Shown: positions 26,001 to 38,724, numbered from the stretch's first letter. The stretch is DNA of 64,000 nucleotides from Kudoa neothunni (GCA_964304625.1 OZ199839.1:1376221-1440220), one strand, 5' to 3'. Notes: generated from the sequence alone by a model not told the origin. Numbers and translations: made by a program.

Positions 26001-29000
26001 ATTGATACATGTGATTTTTAACAATTTACGTAAATTCTATTGAGTAAATAATGAATAAATAACGAAACACCCTATTCGCAATGTCGATATAAGCATGTCG
26101 TTCTCTTTTGAATACAACGATAGCTCACCAATCTCTTATTCTCTCATTGTTTTTATTCCAATTATTCGAAATAATATGACCTTTCGTCAGGTTGCTTATT
26201 TCTACACTGTAGAGAGCCTCCAAAAACGTAATTGGAAACTATTAACCAATATTCTTAGTTTCGTATTAAAGAGGGCATTAAAAAAACATACGATATAATT
26301 GTTCAATATTTTGACAAGCTTTGCGTTTTCTGCGCAGTTTTACACTGCGTTGTTTAAAATAGAATAAATTAATTGGCAGCTGTTACACAATTTGAATTGG
26401 GTGTTACTTGAATTAAATGTTACAACTAAAAAACCACAGAAATACACCTATAAATACAATCGTACATCACAGAATTGTACCAACATTAATTTGCGCGCGC
26501 GTGTGCAGAATATAACTTTGATAATTGGTCATTTATTCAAAATTTACTCTATGGATTTTCCTCGCATTTTGTCAGTCTATGCTGAATTTTATTTGGAGGG
26601 TGTAAATTTTTCAGCTACTTAGAAGGTCAATAATTTTGTATCATGGCCTCTCCGCTTTTGATTTCCAAAATAATTATATGTAACATATTCTAAAAATTAA
26701 ACCTATATATGGTTGGTAAGTAAGAGTTGCTGTGATTAAAAAATGTCACACACATACAATTTAGGATTAAAATTCGGTTTTCAAATAATCTCTGCCAAAA
26801 TTTAATCTCCTGTGCGTAATTTTCACAATCGATATTTTTTCTTATGCTTGCATGTAGCGTTCCTAAATAAACTATAGTTGATTCTAATAAATTAACATAA
26901 TGAATGAATGAGAAATTGGAGTTAAAGTTTTACACGCGCATTCGCACCGGGCAAATAAGATTAAATTTAAAACGGTCACTAGTAACAACCTTTAAATCAT
27001 TTTACTTTATCTCGAAGCATTTCATTTAAAAAATTTACATAATTAGGGATGTTAGCGCTAAATCTTCGAAATGGGATCAAAACCAACTCAACTCATTAAA
27101 ATCCAAACGAGACATTCTCAACACTAAGATTCGCTCCCTTCAACCATCCACCTCGTCTCATTCATCTACTATTCATCAATTAGGAACCGAATTGAGTCAG
27201 CTGAAAAATCGAGTAGAAATGTCAAGACAACAGCTTAAAAATTGTGTAATCTCATAATTGGTTCTTCTTGTGCCTAATTATCCAAAAGGATAATGTTTTA
27301 ATTGACGACATACAACAACAAATCAGCTCTGCAACGAAAGAGAACCAAATTCTTCAAGTAAGTCATCCATACAACAATCTACAATAATTATTGTTGTTAG
27401 AATGAATTGTTTGAGGCTGACCAACAGAAAGCCAAGACTGAACCTCAAGTAGATCACATGACTAAGAGATTAAATTTTGCCAAAGAAGAGGTTTTATTTG
27501 TTATTGTTTCTAATGTGGTTTATAATTTGTTCGACAGCATTTTAGCGAATTCAACAATAAATACAACTATGAAACCATTCTGTAAATATCAAACAATATA
27601 CAGTAGGTAATCGAGTTTCCGTACTTCTACTTGTTCCTCTCTTATACATAATTATCCGAGCCAAAACTATTTTTCCAACTTTAGACAGTTTATTTTATGA
27701 AACTGAAATTAACAACTACAAAAAAGTGACTTATAAAGAGGTTTTTTATAAAAAATAGGGATTTTCGTAGTTTTTCGGCTACAACCTTAATTTTCATAAT
27801 CCTTTGTTTTGGTTAATTACATCCACGATAACATTGAAAATAATGTAGCATAATTCTTGTATTTTTCAAAAAATTCAGCAAATTAACTACTTTCTCTCAA
27901 CAAGCGAATAATTTATTTTTAAAAGTCCAACTACAAAGGTATTTCGATTAAAAATCACGTATTCGAAAATAATAGCGATCCAAATACACAGCCTCCAGAT
28001 TTTCTTCGAGTTATGTTAAAAAGATAAGTATCCTTTGAAAAATTAATAATTTTGAATCTTATTATAATATTACTTCAATACAAAATATTTTAACCACCCA
28101 CCAAAAACTACGTAAAATCAGTCAGTCAGTGATGCGTTTTCAGGGACTTTCTCCAGTCCTAAGGGGATTACCGAAAATCGATTACCTACTGTATTACGTT
28201 AAATTGAACAAAATACATAGTTGGTTAATAGGGAATTTGAAAAGACCTATGTGGTTTTTCGATCCACTATAGAAGCTCAAAAATTGAAATTTGATTTGGA
28301 GATAGAAAAATTAGTAACTAAAGTATGTTCGCGCATGGGCGAATTTATATGATGGATGGGATTTTTAAAGCGATGATAATCACTAAATTTCGTTAGATCC
28401 AGACCATACAAAATTCGTCACTTCTATCTCAGATTAAATCTCTCAATGAGAATCTTACTAGTAAAACCGTCACGCTAGAGAAAACTCGCGAGGATCTTAC
28501 ATCCTCGAAAACCACATTGAATAACTTGATTCTCACTCAACAGGCGCTAAATGAGAACTTGAACAATTTCGTTAAGCTTACGAATAATTTGGTATTTTTA
28601 ACACAATTGTTCTGAACAATATTATTTGAATAATCATTTGTCACTAATCGAAGGATACACAATTAAGGCTATTAACGTCCGAAAATATTGAAAAGAAAAA
28701 ATTAGCGGAAACCCTTAAAAGAAATTCTCTAAGAAACGTACCAATTTAAATTTCCATTGATAATTTATTGTTACTATAGAGAGATAATTTGAGTGAGATT
28801 ATCGCTACGAAACGCCATATTTTAAAAAATGCCAAGGTTTAGTCTTAATTGTTGAATATTTGGTTGGAATTTTGGGATAGATTGAGAATATTGCCATACC
28901 GACAACAGCAACAACGATGACCGACCAATCAGATAATTATGTTGAACAATTCGAACAACTTGATCTTGACTTGACGGATATAACGCCGCATACCATTTTG

Positions 29001-30028
29001 GATGTAAATTCTTACGTATTGCCGCTGTAATAATGATTGAGTGAGCTATTGTTTGAAAGGATTGTAAAATTGACTACGAGAATTTATCCCCTGAATTACG
29101 AATGGATTCCAACGACAATATTGAGCGCAATCAAATGGAGATGAAACTCCAATTGAAAATCGATAATTTTAAAAAAGAAATTTCACGACTCAATAAACCT
29201 AACATGAAAAGTTTTGATAGGTATTAAACAATATTTGTCAATGTGCTTAATTTAATACATTTGAATGGACACTAGACTTGAGCGTATAATGGATAAAATT
29301 AAGTTGACCGATCAGGAAATTGAAAAATGTCGACATAATGCGCGAAAATCCAAACTCGAATTTGAACAATGTCGCAAAGAACGCACCCAGATCTTCATGG
29401 AAACGTTTGAGAGTGTAGCTGGATGCATCGATACTATCTACAAGTTGTTAACTGGTAGCCCACGAGCTCAGGCCTATTTGTCAGTTGATCTCGTCGACGA
29501 ACCTTATCTTGGTAGTGTTAATTTTAATTCAATTGTTCCTGGTAAAAAGTACGTGTTGCTATGGAGAAATTTAGCTATTAAAGTTGCTAATTATCCACCT
29601 TATTATAGGTACCGTCCTATGGACAATTTGTCCGGAGGAGAGAAAACAATAGCGTCGTTGGCGTTACTGTTTGCTATCCATCAACACAGACCTTCTCCAT
29701 TTTTTATTTTGGATGAAATTGATGCCGCTCTAGATACCAACAACATCGAAAAGGTGATTCATTTCTGAACTTCTTATTTATAAATTAATTGATTAATTAA
29801 TTAATTAATCTATTTATTTAATTACTCAATGACGTAATTTCTATGACGATCTAGGTCGTCAATTACATTCGAATGAAATCCTCCGACGAAAATATGCAAT
29901 TTATCGTGATCTCACTGAAAGAGGACCTATATTCGGCAGGCGATGCTGCTATCGGTGTGACCGCTCGTGCAGATTCTAACAATCACATCGAGAGTTGCTT
30001 GTTTACACTTGACCTCACTCTTTTTTAG
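20041..30028 (+). CDS. SMC1: Cohesin subunit SMC1, about 25 exons
   Basis: ENFKSY, Walker A GPNGCGKSNLMDAISFVLG, NFLVLQG, hinge GRLVDLCQP...TLEGTLFLKSGVISGG, signature LSGGEKT, Walker B FFILDEIDAALD, QFIVISLK. Stop TAG at 30026-30028. One apparent frameshift near 21250. Confidence 0.95.
21909..22208 (+). ncRNA. Candidate structured intronic RNA (long G-U-rich hairpin with C/D-like K-turn)
   Basis: Five nested helices with about 9 G-U pairs and no A-C mismatches on the + strand; CTGA (21986) opposite TGATGA (22125). Family not recognised. Confidence 0.6.
23024..27046. mobile_element. 4-kb SMC1 intron filled with TE debris (MULE/FLYWCH remnants, Helitron 3' end)
   Basis: Remnant YFYVNDH*..KKYWKCENSASKGRL...DHNH at about 25260-25440 resembles the 48725 FLYWCH ORF; GC-rich CGCGCATTCGCACCGGG followed by ...CACTAG|T at 26979-26983. 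Confidence 0.5.
27601..28191. mobile_element. Tigger/mariner-type MITE (591 bp) in an SMC1 intron
   Basis: TA|CAGTAGGTAATCGAGTTTCCGTA ... TACCGAAAATCGATTACCTACTG|TA. Confidence 0.85.
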
Positions 30029-31130
30029 TGGATTAATTAATTAATTAATTAATCAATTTATCACTATTACAATATCTATCGTCTTTGTCTAGACACAGCC
30101 TCGCAATTAAAATATATTATCGGCACTACAATCGATAATTATTACGATTAATCCACATTCTTATAGTTGAATAATTGTTTTAATACATTAGAAATAATTG
30201 CTGAATTAAATTTATTGAGATTATGACCTATTGCTGATATAAAACGATTAATCAGCTTATTTTTTTTTCTTGTTGTTTTAGGTAGAGTTTAGATAACCAT
30301 TTTTATTCAAAAAATACAATTTCTTCATATCGATTAATAACTAGTGACTACTGTTAAGTTTATCAGCCGTTAAGATCGGATAGCCTTTCTTTGTTGGATT
30401 AGAGACTGAATGTGAATCTGATTGTCATCAGGGTCAGTATCAATGAGGCCATCACTACTTAGGTGGATACATTCGTTTAGTTGGGGATTTCATGACACAC
30501 GCAGAAATCCAATGTATATTGGTCATACAGGGTGTGGATAGATTTCGAATGGGTACGAATATTGAAAATAGCTCCTTGATTTTACCTCCCACGCAGCCCC
30601 ATCTACCAAACACGCATTCGACTAAAATCCTCTTAGTGAGCCACTATTAATCACGGTTAATGCCATTCATTTGAGAACTGCTCTGCGAATTATTGATAGT
30701 GCACACCGGCATCGTTGAATATAATAGTACCGATTTGACATTCACCTCTGACACAATAATACCTTCATAATGAGTGCAGGTTGTGACCTTTTACGTAAGT
30801 TTATTGTTTTCGATAGGTCGCGACCACCGTTACCAACAAAACACTCTCTTTGCATGTTTCCAACCAAACGTGCCAACTCAAAAGAACTGAATAGGACTTA
30901 TTAATTTTTAACCTCGAAACTACCGTATTCCATGAATATATGTTTTTAGTTAATCTGTTCACTCTTTTAAAATTAAATTTGGTTTTATGTGATTATCTTC
31001 ACATTGTTAAACTTGATTAGAGTCATGTTCGCTTTGATAGAAAGAGGAGTGTTTTGGAGTTCGGTCGGTAATGGAACTGAACAGCACAAACAATATTGAT
31101 GTTTCAATCTCTTAACTTTTCTATCTAGTT

Positions 31131-32246
31131 ATGTTTAACGCAAGAGATAAAATACGTGAAAAAAATTTGGTGATTAATCAACTTCGAAATAAAGTTTCAA
31201 TGTTAGAAGAAAAGTTACGAGAGAAATGTGACGAAATCGCTGTACTCCACGAGCAATTGTATGCTCTTAGTCATCGTGTGGATTGGCTTTCCTCACGACG
31301 AACTCAAAAATTCACCCGTTTTGTTACTTCGCGGGACAACCCATCCACCTCACACCTTGATAATGGGGTAAGCTCTTCGTTGGATAACATGAACAAATTC
31401 GATGCTGGCGAATCCAACCACAGCAAACTCTCCAGACAACTCGAATGTTTTCAAATGTTAACAGCAAAAAGTCCACTCAATATTAATAACTCTAGCGCAA
31501 AATCATCCAAAACAATAATCTACAATTCTCCATCAGAATTTCCTATCTACGACGATCATCGTGAAAAATTCACTGGCAGCAATTACAACGATTTTTCATT
31601 TAATGATATTATCAACGGAGAGGAAAGTTACCACCACAATATAATCAACCACAACGATTTCATCACTTCTCCTTCAACTTCGGATAAAAGACCCAGAACC
31701 TACAGTGAATTCCCTCGACACTCACACTCACATCAAGATTCTTATATCCCATCGATTTTCGTTTCCAATCAAATCGACAACAACCGCAATTCTCCTTATG
31801 GGTTCTCGGCTGCACTTAAAACTACTCGCGGCCACAAAAAAACCAACTCTCTATCATTCGCTACTAAAACTTTCAATTCCTCCAACAACTCCCTTATTGG
31901 AGAGGACAAAACCCCTCCTCCTTTTAGCATCACCACACCACCTACTGATGTTCGAGGATTGATAAACGGTGCCAACAAAGAACTCATTTCACATGTGAAC
32001 AATAGCAACAAAATTAAAAAACAATTGGTGGAAACGTTTAACAATATCCAACTCCAACAATATTCAAATCTTGTTGATTGTATGGGTGTGCATTCGATAG
32101 CGGAAAAAAAACATGACAGTCTTTTTCAAAAATCCTTACTCTTCACCAAATACTCCTTCCAAAATCAGCTTCTACACACAAATGAGGAAATTATTCTTTT
32201 CCTCAACAAACTAATTTTTAGTCTGCAAAGTCACGTGTTCAAGTGA
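31131..32246 (+). CDS. Uncharacterised protein: N-terminal coiled coil, S/N/P-rich disordered middle, helical C-terminus
   Basis: 371-codon uninterrupted ORF in AT-rich DNA. A probable upstream exon at 31021-31063 (SHVRFDRKRSVLEF) joins in frame. Confidence 0.75.
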   Translation: MFNARDKIREKNLVINQLRNKVSMLEEKLREKCDEIAVLHEQLYALSHRVDWLSSRRTQKFTRFVTSRDNPSTSHLDNGVSSSLDNMNKFDAGESNHSKLSRQLECFQMLTAKSPLNINNSSAKSSKTIIYNSPSEFPIYDDHREKFTGSNYNDFSFNDIINGEESYHHNIINHNDFITSPSTSDKRPRTYSEFPRHSHSHQDSYIPSIFVSNQIDNNRNSPYGFSAALKTTRGHKKTNSLSFATKTFNSSNNSLIGEDKTPPPFSITTPPTDVRGLINGANKELISHVNNSNKIKKQLVETFNNIQLQQYSNLVDCMGVHSIAEKKHDSLFQKSLLFTKYSFQNQLLHTNEEIILFLNKLIFSLQSHVFK

Positions 32247-32570
32247 CTTTTTGTAGATTGGTTTATATTGTTTTCCTATTTGTTGTATTTTGTTTTTTTG
32301 TAATGGCAAAGCTTTTGATTGGAATTACACTTTGACCAATTAATGGCCTGATTTTTCGTCATTTTCTAGTTTTAAATTATTTGAAATTTTTTAATCGCAT
32401 TTAACTCAAAACTTGAAGATTTTGCACATTATTTAAAAGGCTATCTAATAGGCGGAGGTTATTTATACGGTAAATTTTAATCTTAACCTAGCGTATACGC
32501 ATACACACTAAAAATTTGTAATCAAAGCAACTTTTATTTACAAGCTGTATACAGATTTAATCTTTTAGAA

Positions 32571-33456
32571 CGGGGGTCACCAAAGTTTTTAACTGACGGG
32601 CCAAATTTTTGATTTTCATAGGCTTCGGAGACGGATTAAAACTTTTTTTCGAAAAGCAGTTGTAAAAATAAAACAAACAAAATATCAATATACAAAAATA
32701 ATGAATTTTTATTTGAATGTGAGTGTGAATGTGAATGTGAATGTGAATGTGAAGCAGGAAACCGATTCCTATGGCAGGATTCAGTATATTTCTATTCTAA
32801 GGTTTTCCCATTGTATTACGAACCATCCATCATCTACTGTATAATTCCAAAAAATCGTGAAGTTGGTTATATTTATGGCTGTATTAAGAATTTCAATTTT
32901 TTCAATCATAAAATTCTTAGTTTATTTATTTGATCATGGTAAAAAGTTGCGTAGACGCTAATAAAATGTTCATTTGTCGAGTTTTAAATTTTTATTAATC
33001 CCTATTTAGGTATAAGTATGCAAATTTGTAGAATATTGTATCTAATTCTAGAAAATATCTAAGGAACGATTATTATTGTCTCATCATTTTAAATTTCTAG
33101 TATCAAATCAATTAAACTCAACCAGATTAAAAATAAGAGCTAATCAATTTAATTTATTAGTTTAAGTAATTAAGAATTTTAAACTATTAGACACATAGGA
33201 AACAAATAAACCTTGAATCATGTATCTGATGGATTCATACGTTTTACATTAAGAATATTGTTATATTAATGTGTTGATTTTCTCTTTTGTTTCAATTAAG
33301 ATAAAATAAGAACACTAAAGGAATTAAATGATTTTTTAATCAATACGTATCTATTAAACTAATGTATTGATAGTCTTCAAGTAAGTCAACACAATTTCTC
33401 CCGCGCGTTCCAATGTTTAGGGGGACACACCGAGGGTCGTACTTTGGTGACCCCTG
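32571..33456. mobile_element. hAT (Charlie/Buster-like) non-autonomous element
   Basis: TIR CGGGGGTCACCAAAGT / ACTTTGGTGACCCCTG, perfect 8-bp TSD TTTTAGAA. Confidence 0.9.
32715..32753. repeat. (GTGAAT)n hexamer repeat inside a hAT element
   Basis: TGAATGTGAGTGTGAATGTGAATGTGAATGTGAATGTGAA. Confidence 0.9.
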
Positions 33457-33822
33457 TTTTAGAATGATATATTTAATTATTTTTAGTGTCCAGGAGCGAA
33501 CAAAAGACCAGAACTAATTAACAATTGTCAAAACTAGTGTCATGTGAATATTATTTACCGTACCAATAGCCACTTTCATTATTTAAACAATTGTTATCAT
33601 TTTTATTAATAGTCTAATGCTTGATTAGAATAAATCCCGGTAGTCTTCTCAACTCCAGGCTATCGAAATCAGGATCCCCAATAGGTTACCGGTCAAACTA
33701 TAAATAAAATGTTGTAAAAATACGATGACTTATGTATGGGTCGCACGTAATCAAAGAGGAAATCAAAATCATTACGCATGAGCCGTAATTGAGCACAACA
33801 CATAACATGCATTCATTATAAC

Positions 33823-34045
33823 TAGGGAATGCAATTTTCGACGTTTATTATGCGCGCCGAATATCGTGACCTTTTATTCTGCAATAAAAAAGTCCTAACT
33901 TCAAAAATAATAGGATCAATTTGTGACTATTTTTTATTATAATCCCGCTGCAATTTACACATAAAAAGAGAATAATGTAGAAGACGTTAAAAACTTGTTC
34001 ATTAGAATTGGCGCGCATAATAAACGTCGAAAACTACGATCCCTA
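33823..34045. mobile_element. hAT MITE (223 bp, TAGGG termini)
   Basis: About 37-bp imperfect TIR TAGGGA..TTTTCGACGTTTATTATGCGCGCC, 8-bp TSD ATTATAAC. Confidence 0.9.
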
Positions 34046-34348
34046 ATTATAACTATTGATAATGTAATTTTTCAAGAGGAAAATTGAAGCAATATGTTGC
34101 TAATGTTATAAAGTGTAAGTCAAAATTTCTAAAAATTGATTAATTTATGATAAATTGCGATATTACGTAATACCCCTAATTATGCACGGCCCATAAGTTG
34201 TTGTATCTCTTAGAACGCAGTTTCTGTTAGACTTTTAGCGATAAAATAAATTGGGTAAATAATAATTTTTAATGAATCATAATTTTTTCATTCCGAGCTA
34301 TGAAAGTATGTCCATGTGACCATTTATAAGCATATAAATACTATAGTA

Positions 34349-35257
34349 TAGTCAGTGACCGGTTTTATGTAATCCTCTCGGGACCAGTAAATAAGTGTGT
34401 AAATTTGGTCATTTTCGATTTTACTCACTTCTGCGGGTCCGCATTACAGAGAATTAGTCAATTATTTATTAAATGACATAATTAAAATGCGCAAATTTTT
34501 GTAAAAACGTTAATTTTTTTTTAAATTAAAGCACAGTCGTTAATCGGGTTTGAGAAATTCCTTTAGGATCACGGAAAAATTGGTGTGAAATTGGTAACAT
34601 CGAGTTTTACGCATTTAATAGCGCGCGTATAAAATAATATACATAACTATTTAATATAATTGATTTGCATACATTAAGAAAATGATTTCTCTCATTTAGG
34701 AATAAAATAATTCGTTATTTTTATCCCAAAAAATTCTTCCAAATAATTTGAAATATAGCTTTTTTCATTGCGAACATGATCCATGGATTCTTTTTTGTCA
34801 AAATTGGATAATTTTTTCAACTCATTTTAATAAATTCACAAACTAAACAATAATCTGTTTGTTTTCTATAATTTAAACAATTTTATTTTTTTTCTAACGA
34901 TGCCGTAGGGGTTGGATATAAAGGATATGTTTGGTGTTTTATAGTAACAGATTTGACACTTTTTTGAAGAGATAACGTTGGCGTTTTTTATTATTTTATG
35001 TTTAGATTTTATTTTTGTCGTATCACCTATTTCCTTTGAACATTAGATAGCATTCATCTATTTTTTTCAAAAACGTTACGAATAAAGTGCGTAAAACTGG
35101 ATAGTCGTGATTAGCAATCTAGAGAATTTTCAACCTTAGTATATTATTTAGATCCATAATATTTTTTAAAAACATTCAAAAAATCTTATATCGATTGTAC
35201 ATTTGATTATTCAAATTGTGCTGCTTTTTAAAAGTGCGTAAAACCCATCACTGACTG
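34349..35257. mobile_element. Tigger-like MITE
   Basis: TAGTCAGTGACCGGTTTTATGTA ... TGCGTAAAACCCATCACTGACTG. Confidence 0.6.
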
Positions 35258-36706
35258 CAGTTATTGAACGTATGCAATGTCTAGAGTATGTTATAAATTA
35301 ATTATAACTTATATGTTATAACTAACAATTAAAAGGAAATTTATACCCTAATTACGTTAGATAATTTACAATTCTTTAGTAATAATATTTTTAATTTCCC
35401 GTGAATTTATCCCTTTTTGAATTATAATAAGATTTATATATATATATACCAAATCTATTTGGTTTGATGTTTGACTAATTTAATTTTTATAGTTTGCAAT
35501 AAAATATTTTATACCGCAGACAACCAAAAGTTTGACTCGCTTAAAAAACATTCATGCGTGCGTGAGAAAATTCTGACAATTATTACGCTTTCTCAAAAAT
35601 TCAATATTATTGTTGAAAACTTTCACTTAGCAACAAAGAATCATCTAATACATGAGATTTGTGTTATCAACCAAGTAAAATTTACAAAAAACTCATTAAG
35701 TTGAAAGCATAATGAGAAAACTAAATAACCAATAATTATGCGAATCAGCTAGATAATTATAACATAATAAAATGTGTATTGATTGATGTATTAGGTTAAT
35801 TAAGAATATACATTACCTGGGAAAATAAATAATACAACATACGATGATACTCGAGTATAAGCGAAATATAATCATAATTTAATGCTACAGAAAAGTCATG
35901 ATAACCTAAAAACTTTATTTATTGGAATAAAAAATAATATGCTTAATAATATTAATTATCAACAGTAGCGCCGAGTATAAATAAATAAAGGTTTAATATT
36001 AAGTATATTTGTGAGATAATTAATTTAATGAACCACTTAAATGAGAATATATTAGGTTATTATTATCATCTAGTTATCTCTTCAATTGGATTAATGCTTA
36101 ACTTAACACAATAATATATTAGGAGCGATTAATAATTTTGGTGAAAAAATCCAAAAAGATGCTATTAATTGTGTTAGGGGGTTTTGCATTTAGGAATAAT
36201 CAGCAGGTGTGGACGCTGTAAAAATTATTTTATATGTTTCCAGCCGTAATTTAAAAGGAATATTTCTGATAACACCACAATTAGGACTAACACCTTAATA
36301 ATGAGCACCGGAGCGGAAGTTTCTATGGATTGGGTGGCGAATTTAAAAATTTTATTTTTGAATAAAACCATCTAATCTACTAAAGCTTAAGTGTTATAAC
36401 AACCCCTGTTTGAACTAGGTTTTTGTGTACTGTTCAATGATAATACACCACTGAGAGGATCGTTAATAGAAATTAGATTCTAGATGAGCCATCAATAATG
36501 CCTTGTTTATTAGATTAGTTTGTGCAAATCCTCAACATGCATTCTGCCGGAATCTACTTTTTGGTACATCTAACTGGACAGGTTTCTAAACCATTCAATT
36601 TCTCATGACTTGATTGTTGATGCTAAGGTGAGAAATGGTTTTTGTTTCTCCCGAACAACAATTAACAATAATCCAAAAACGCGCATATCCGAAAACATCT
36701 GATAAA

Positions 36707-37299
36707 ATGAGTAACCCACAAGGCCAAGGCAGCAGATCAGTGTTCAACTCCATCGAAAGTGAAAGCGCCTCAACACGCCGTCGATCACTCAGTGCTAGAA
36801 AAGATGACTCGCAGACACCAACTTTTGTTCGTTTAAGAACCAGATCTATGTATAATTGATAGTTGATTCAAATTTGGCTAGGAAATGATTTGAAAATGTG
36901 TTAATCGCGGGTGTTTAGAATTGAATACATTGCCCAGGCTGATACCATGTATGGTGTTGTGGTTGAATTTAATCGAGAAAAGGGTTTTGGATTTGTTCAA
37001 CCTCGAGATTCTTCAAATCATGCCTCCTCGGAAGATGCAAACAGCGAAGCTCTTCCACCACTTATCAACAAACAGAAAATGTTTTTCCATATCTCTGAGT
37101 AGGCCTCGAGTTAATGAGAAATGGTCAGTTTTTAAATCTTTTTCTAGCATCGCTTCAGAGTTTATACCATTGATAGGCCGATAATGTTTCATTCAAAACT
37201 GTACACATTCCACCAAAAATCAACGATCCACATGCTGTTGAAATCAAAATTTTAGCACTCACCCCAAAACACAAACGCTGGAGTGATCCCAAATGTTGA
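36707..37299 (+). CDS. CARHSP1: Cold-shock domain protein CARHSP1/CSDC2-like, with a +1 frameshift at about 37178
   Basis: RLRTRS..., YGVVVEFNREKGFGFVQP (RNP1), MFFHISD (RNP2), IASEFIPLIG/DNVSFKTVHIPPK...AVEIKI...HKRWS, resembling CARHSP1 [22 protein letters not shown]...AVEV...HETWS. Confidence 0.85.
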
Positions 37300-37939
37300 C
37301 CAACCTCCTCCACATCAAAATATTCACCCTCCTCTATATATTTATGTATTGGTTGACCTCATGTTGAATAATATTTTTAATTTTTCTAACCACTTTATTT
37401 GTTTGTTTATAATTGACTTTATTTCCCTACGGTGATATGCGCAAATAAATTCACTGCTGTATTTTGATGAATGAATACATTTTAGGAGGTTGAATCCTCA
37501 ATATTACCTGAGTTATTATTAAGGGGGTTATGTTGGCCTACTAATCCAACATTAATCTACTGATTATTACTCGTAAGGCGTATTCTTGTGGTTAAAAACA
37601 GTTTTATCAATGAATTATAGCAAATATTTAAAACTTTGGCAAACCTTTAGCTTTTTCTGATTATGAGTGATTGGTTTTATTCAATTTTTGGATATTCATA
37701 CAAAAATCAATTAAAAGATAAACGTATTATTTAAATTAGTAATTTTAATTTAATATTACAAATTTTTTAGAGAAATGATATTACTCAATAGGACTAAATG
37801 AAGTGGCGTCTAAATTAAAAGTCAGAAAGAATATTAATTAGCTATAATATTTGAAAACTTGTATATATAATTTTTTAAATTTTATGAAATGGAAAAAATA
37901 AACAACTTTATAATTGATCGTTTAATTACAAATCATATA

Positions 37940-38387
37940 CAGTACAACCTCGGACTTCGACTATAATCCGTGCTAGTGGAAGTGGGTTCGAACTCCGGAT
38001 AATTTTTCCCGTGCAAAATAATGAAAATTAGTTTAATTCGTTCCTGCGCATCAAATTAATGTCTAATTTTATTCCTATTCATGAAAAACATACATATGTT
38101 GTGTTTATAAATATTAAATATATTAATAAAAATGAAAATTAAAATTAAATGTAGGATAAGTATTGTTTGGTTGTCATACGATAGATTATAAAGTTTCTCT
38201 TTCGATGACGGTCGCACAATTTGATTGAGTGACTCTTCTTCTAAAATTTCTTTTCTTCTCTATTTTTTTCACCAACTGGATTTGTTCTGAGTACCCTTTC
38301 TATATGTGTTCGAATTCAAAAGTGTTTGTGACCCAAAATTTTTGGTCAAACTCCAATTTCTACGAGTTCCGAGATGTTCCAACACTG
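37940..38387. mobile_element. Tigger-like MITE, degenerate
   Basis: TA|CAGTACAACCTCGGACTTCG ... CGAGTTCCGAGATGTTCCAACACTG. Confidence 0.5.
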
Positions 38388-38724
38388 ACGTTATATTGTA
38401 TAATGAAATTTATAAACCTTTAGTTATCTCTATACAAAAAGTTATAGCGCTGAATATTATCCGTTTAGGCATTTTATATTAAAGATTTCTTTTTCATATA
38501 TGAAAATTAATGTCAATAAATATAATATTAATAATTAAAAATGATTTTTAACATCGACGTGATATTTTACGTTTTAAAACGCTCCATTAAAATTTATGAA
38601 AATAATAATTAGATAAAAAGAAAAATTCTAAATTTGAAAAATATGACTTATGTAACTGTATTGAGTCTACATTATTAAGTTTAAACGCCATACTAATGTT
38701 TCATTCCTTTCTGGCGCTCTAGAA

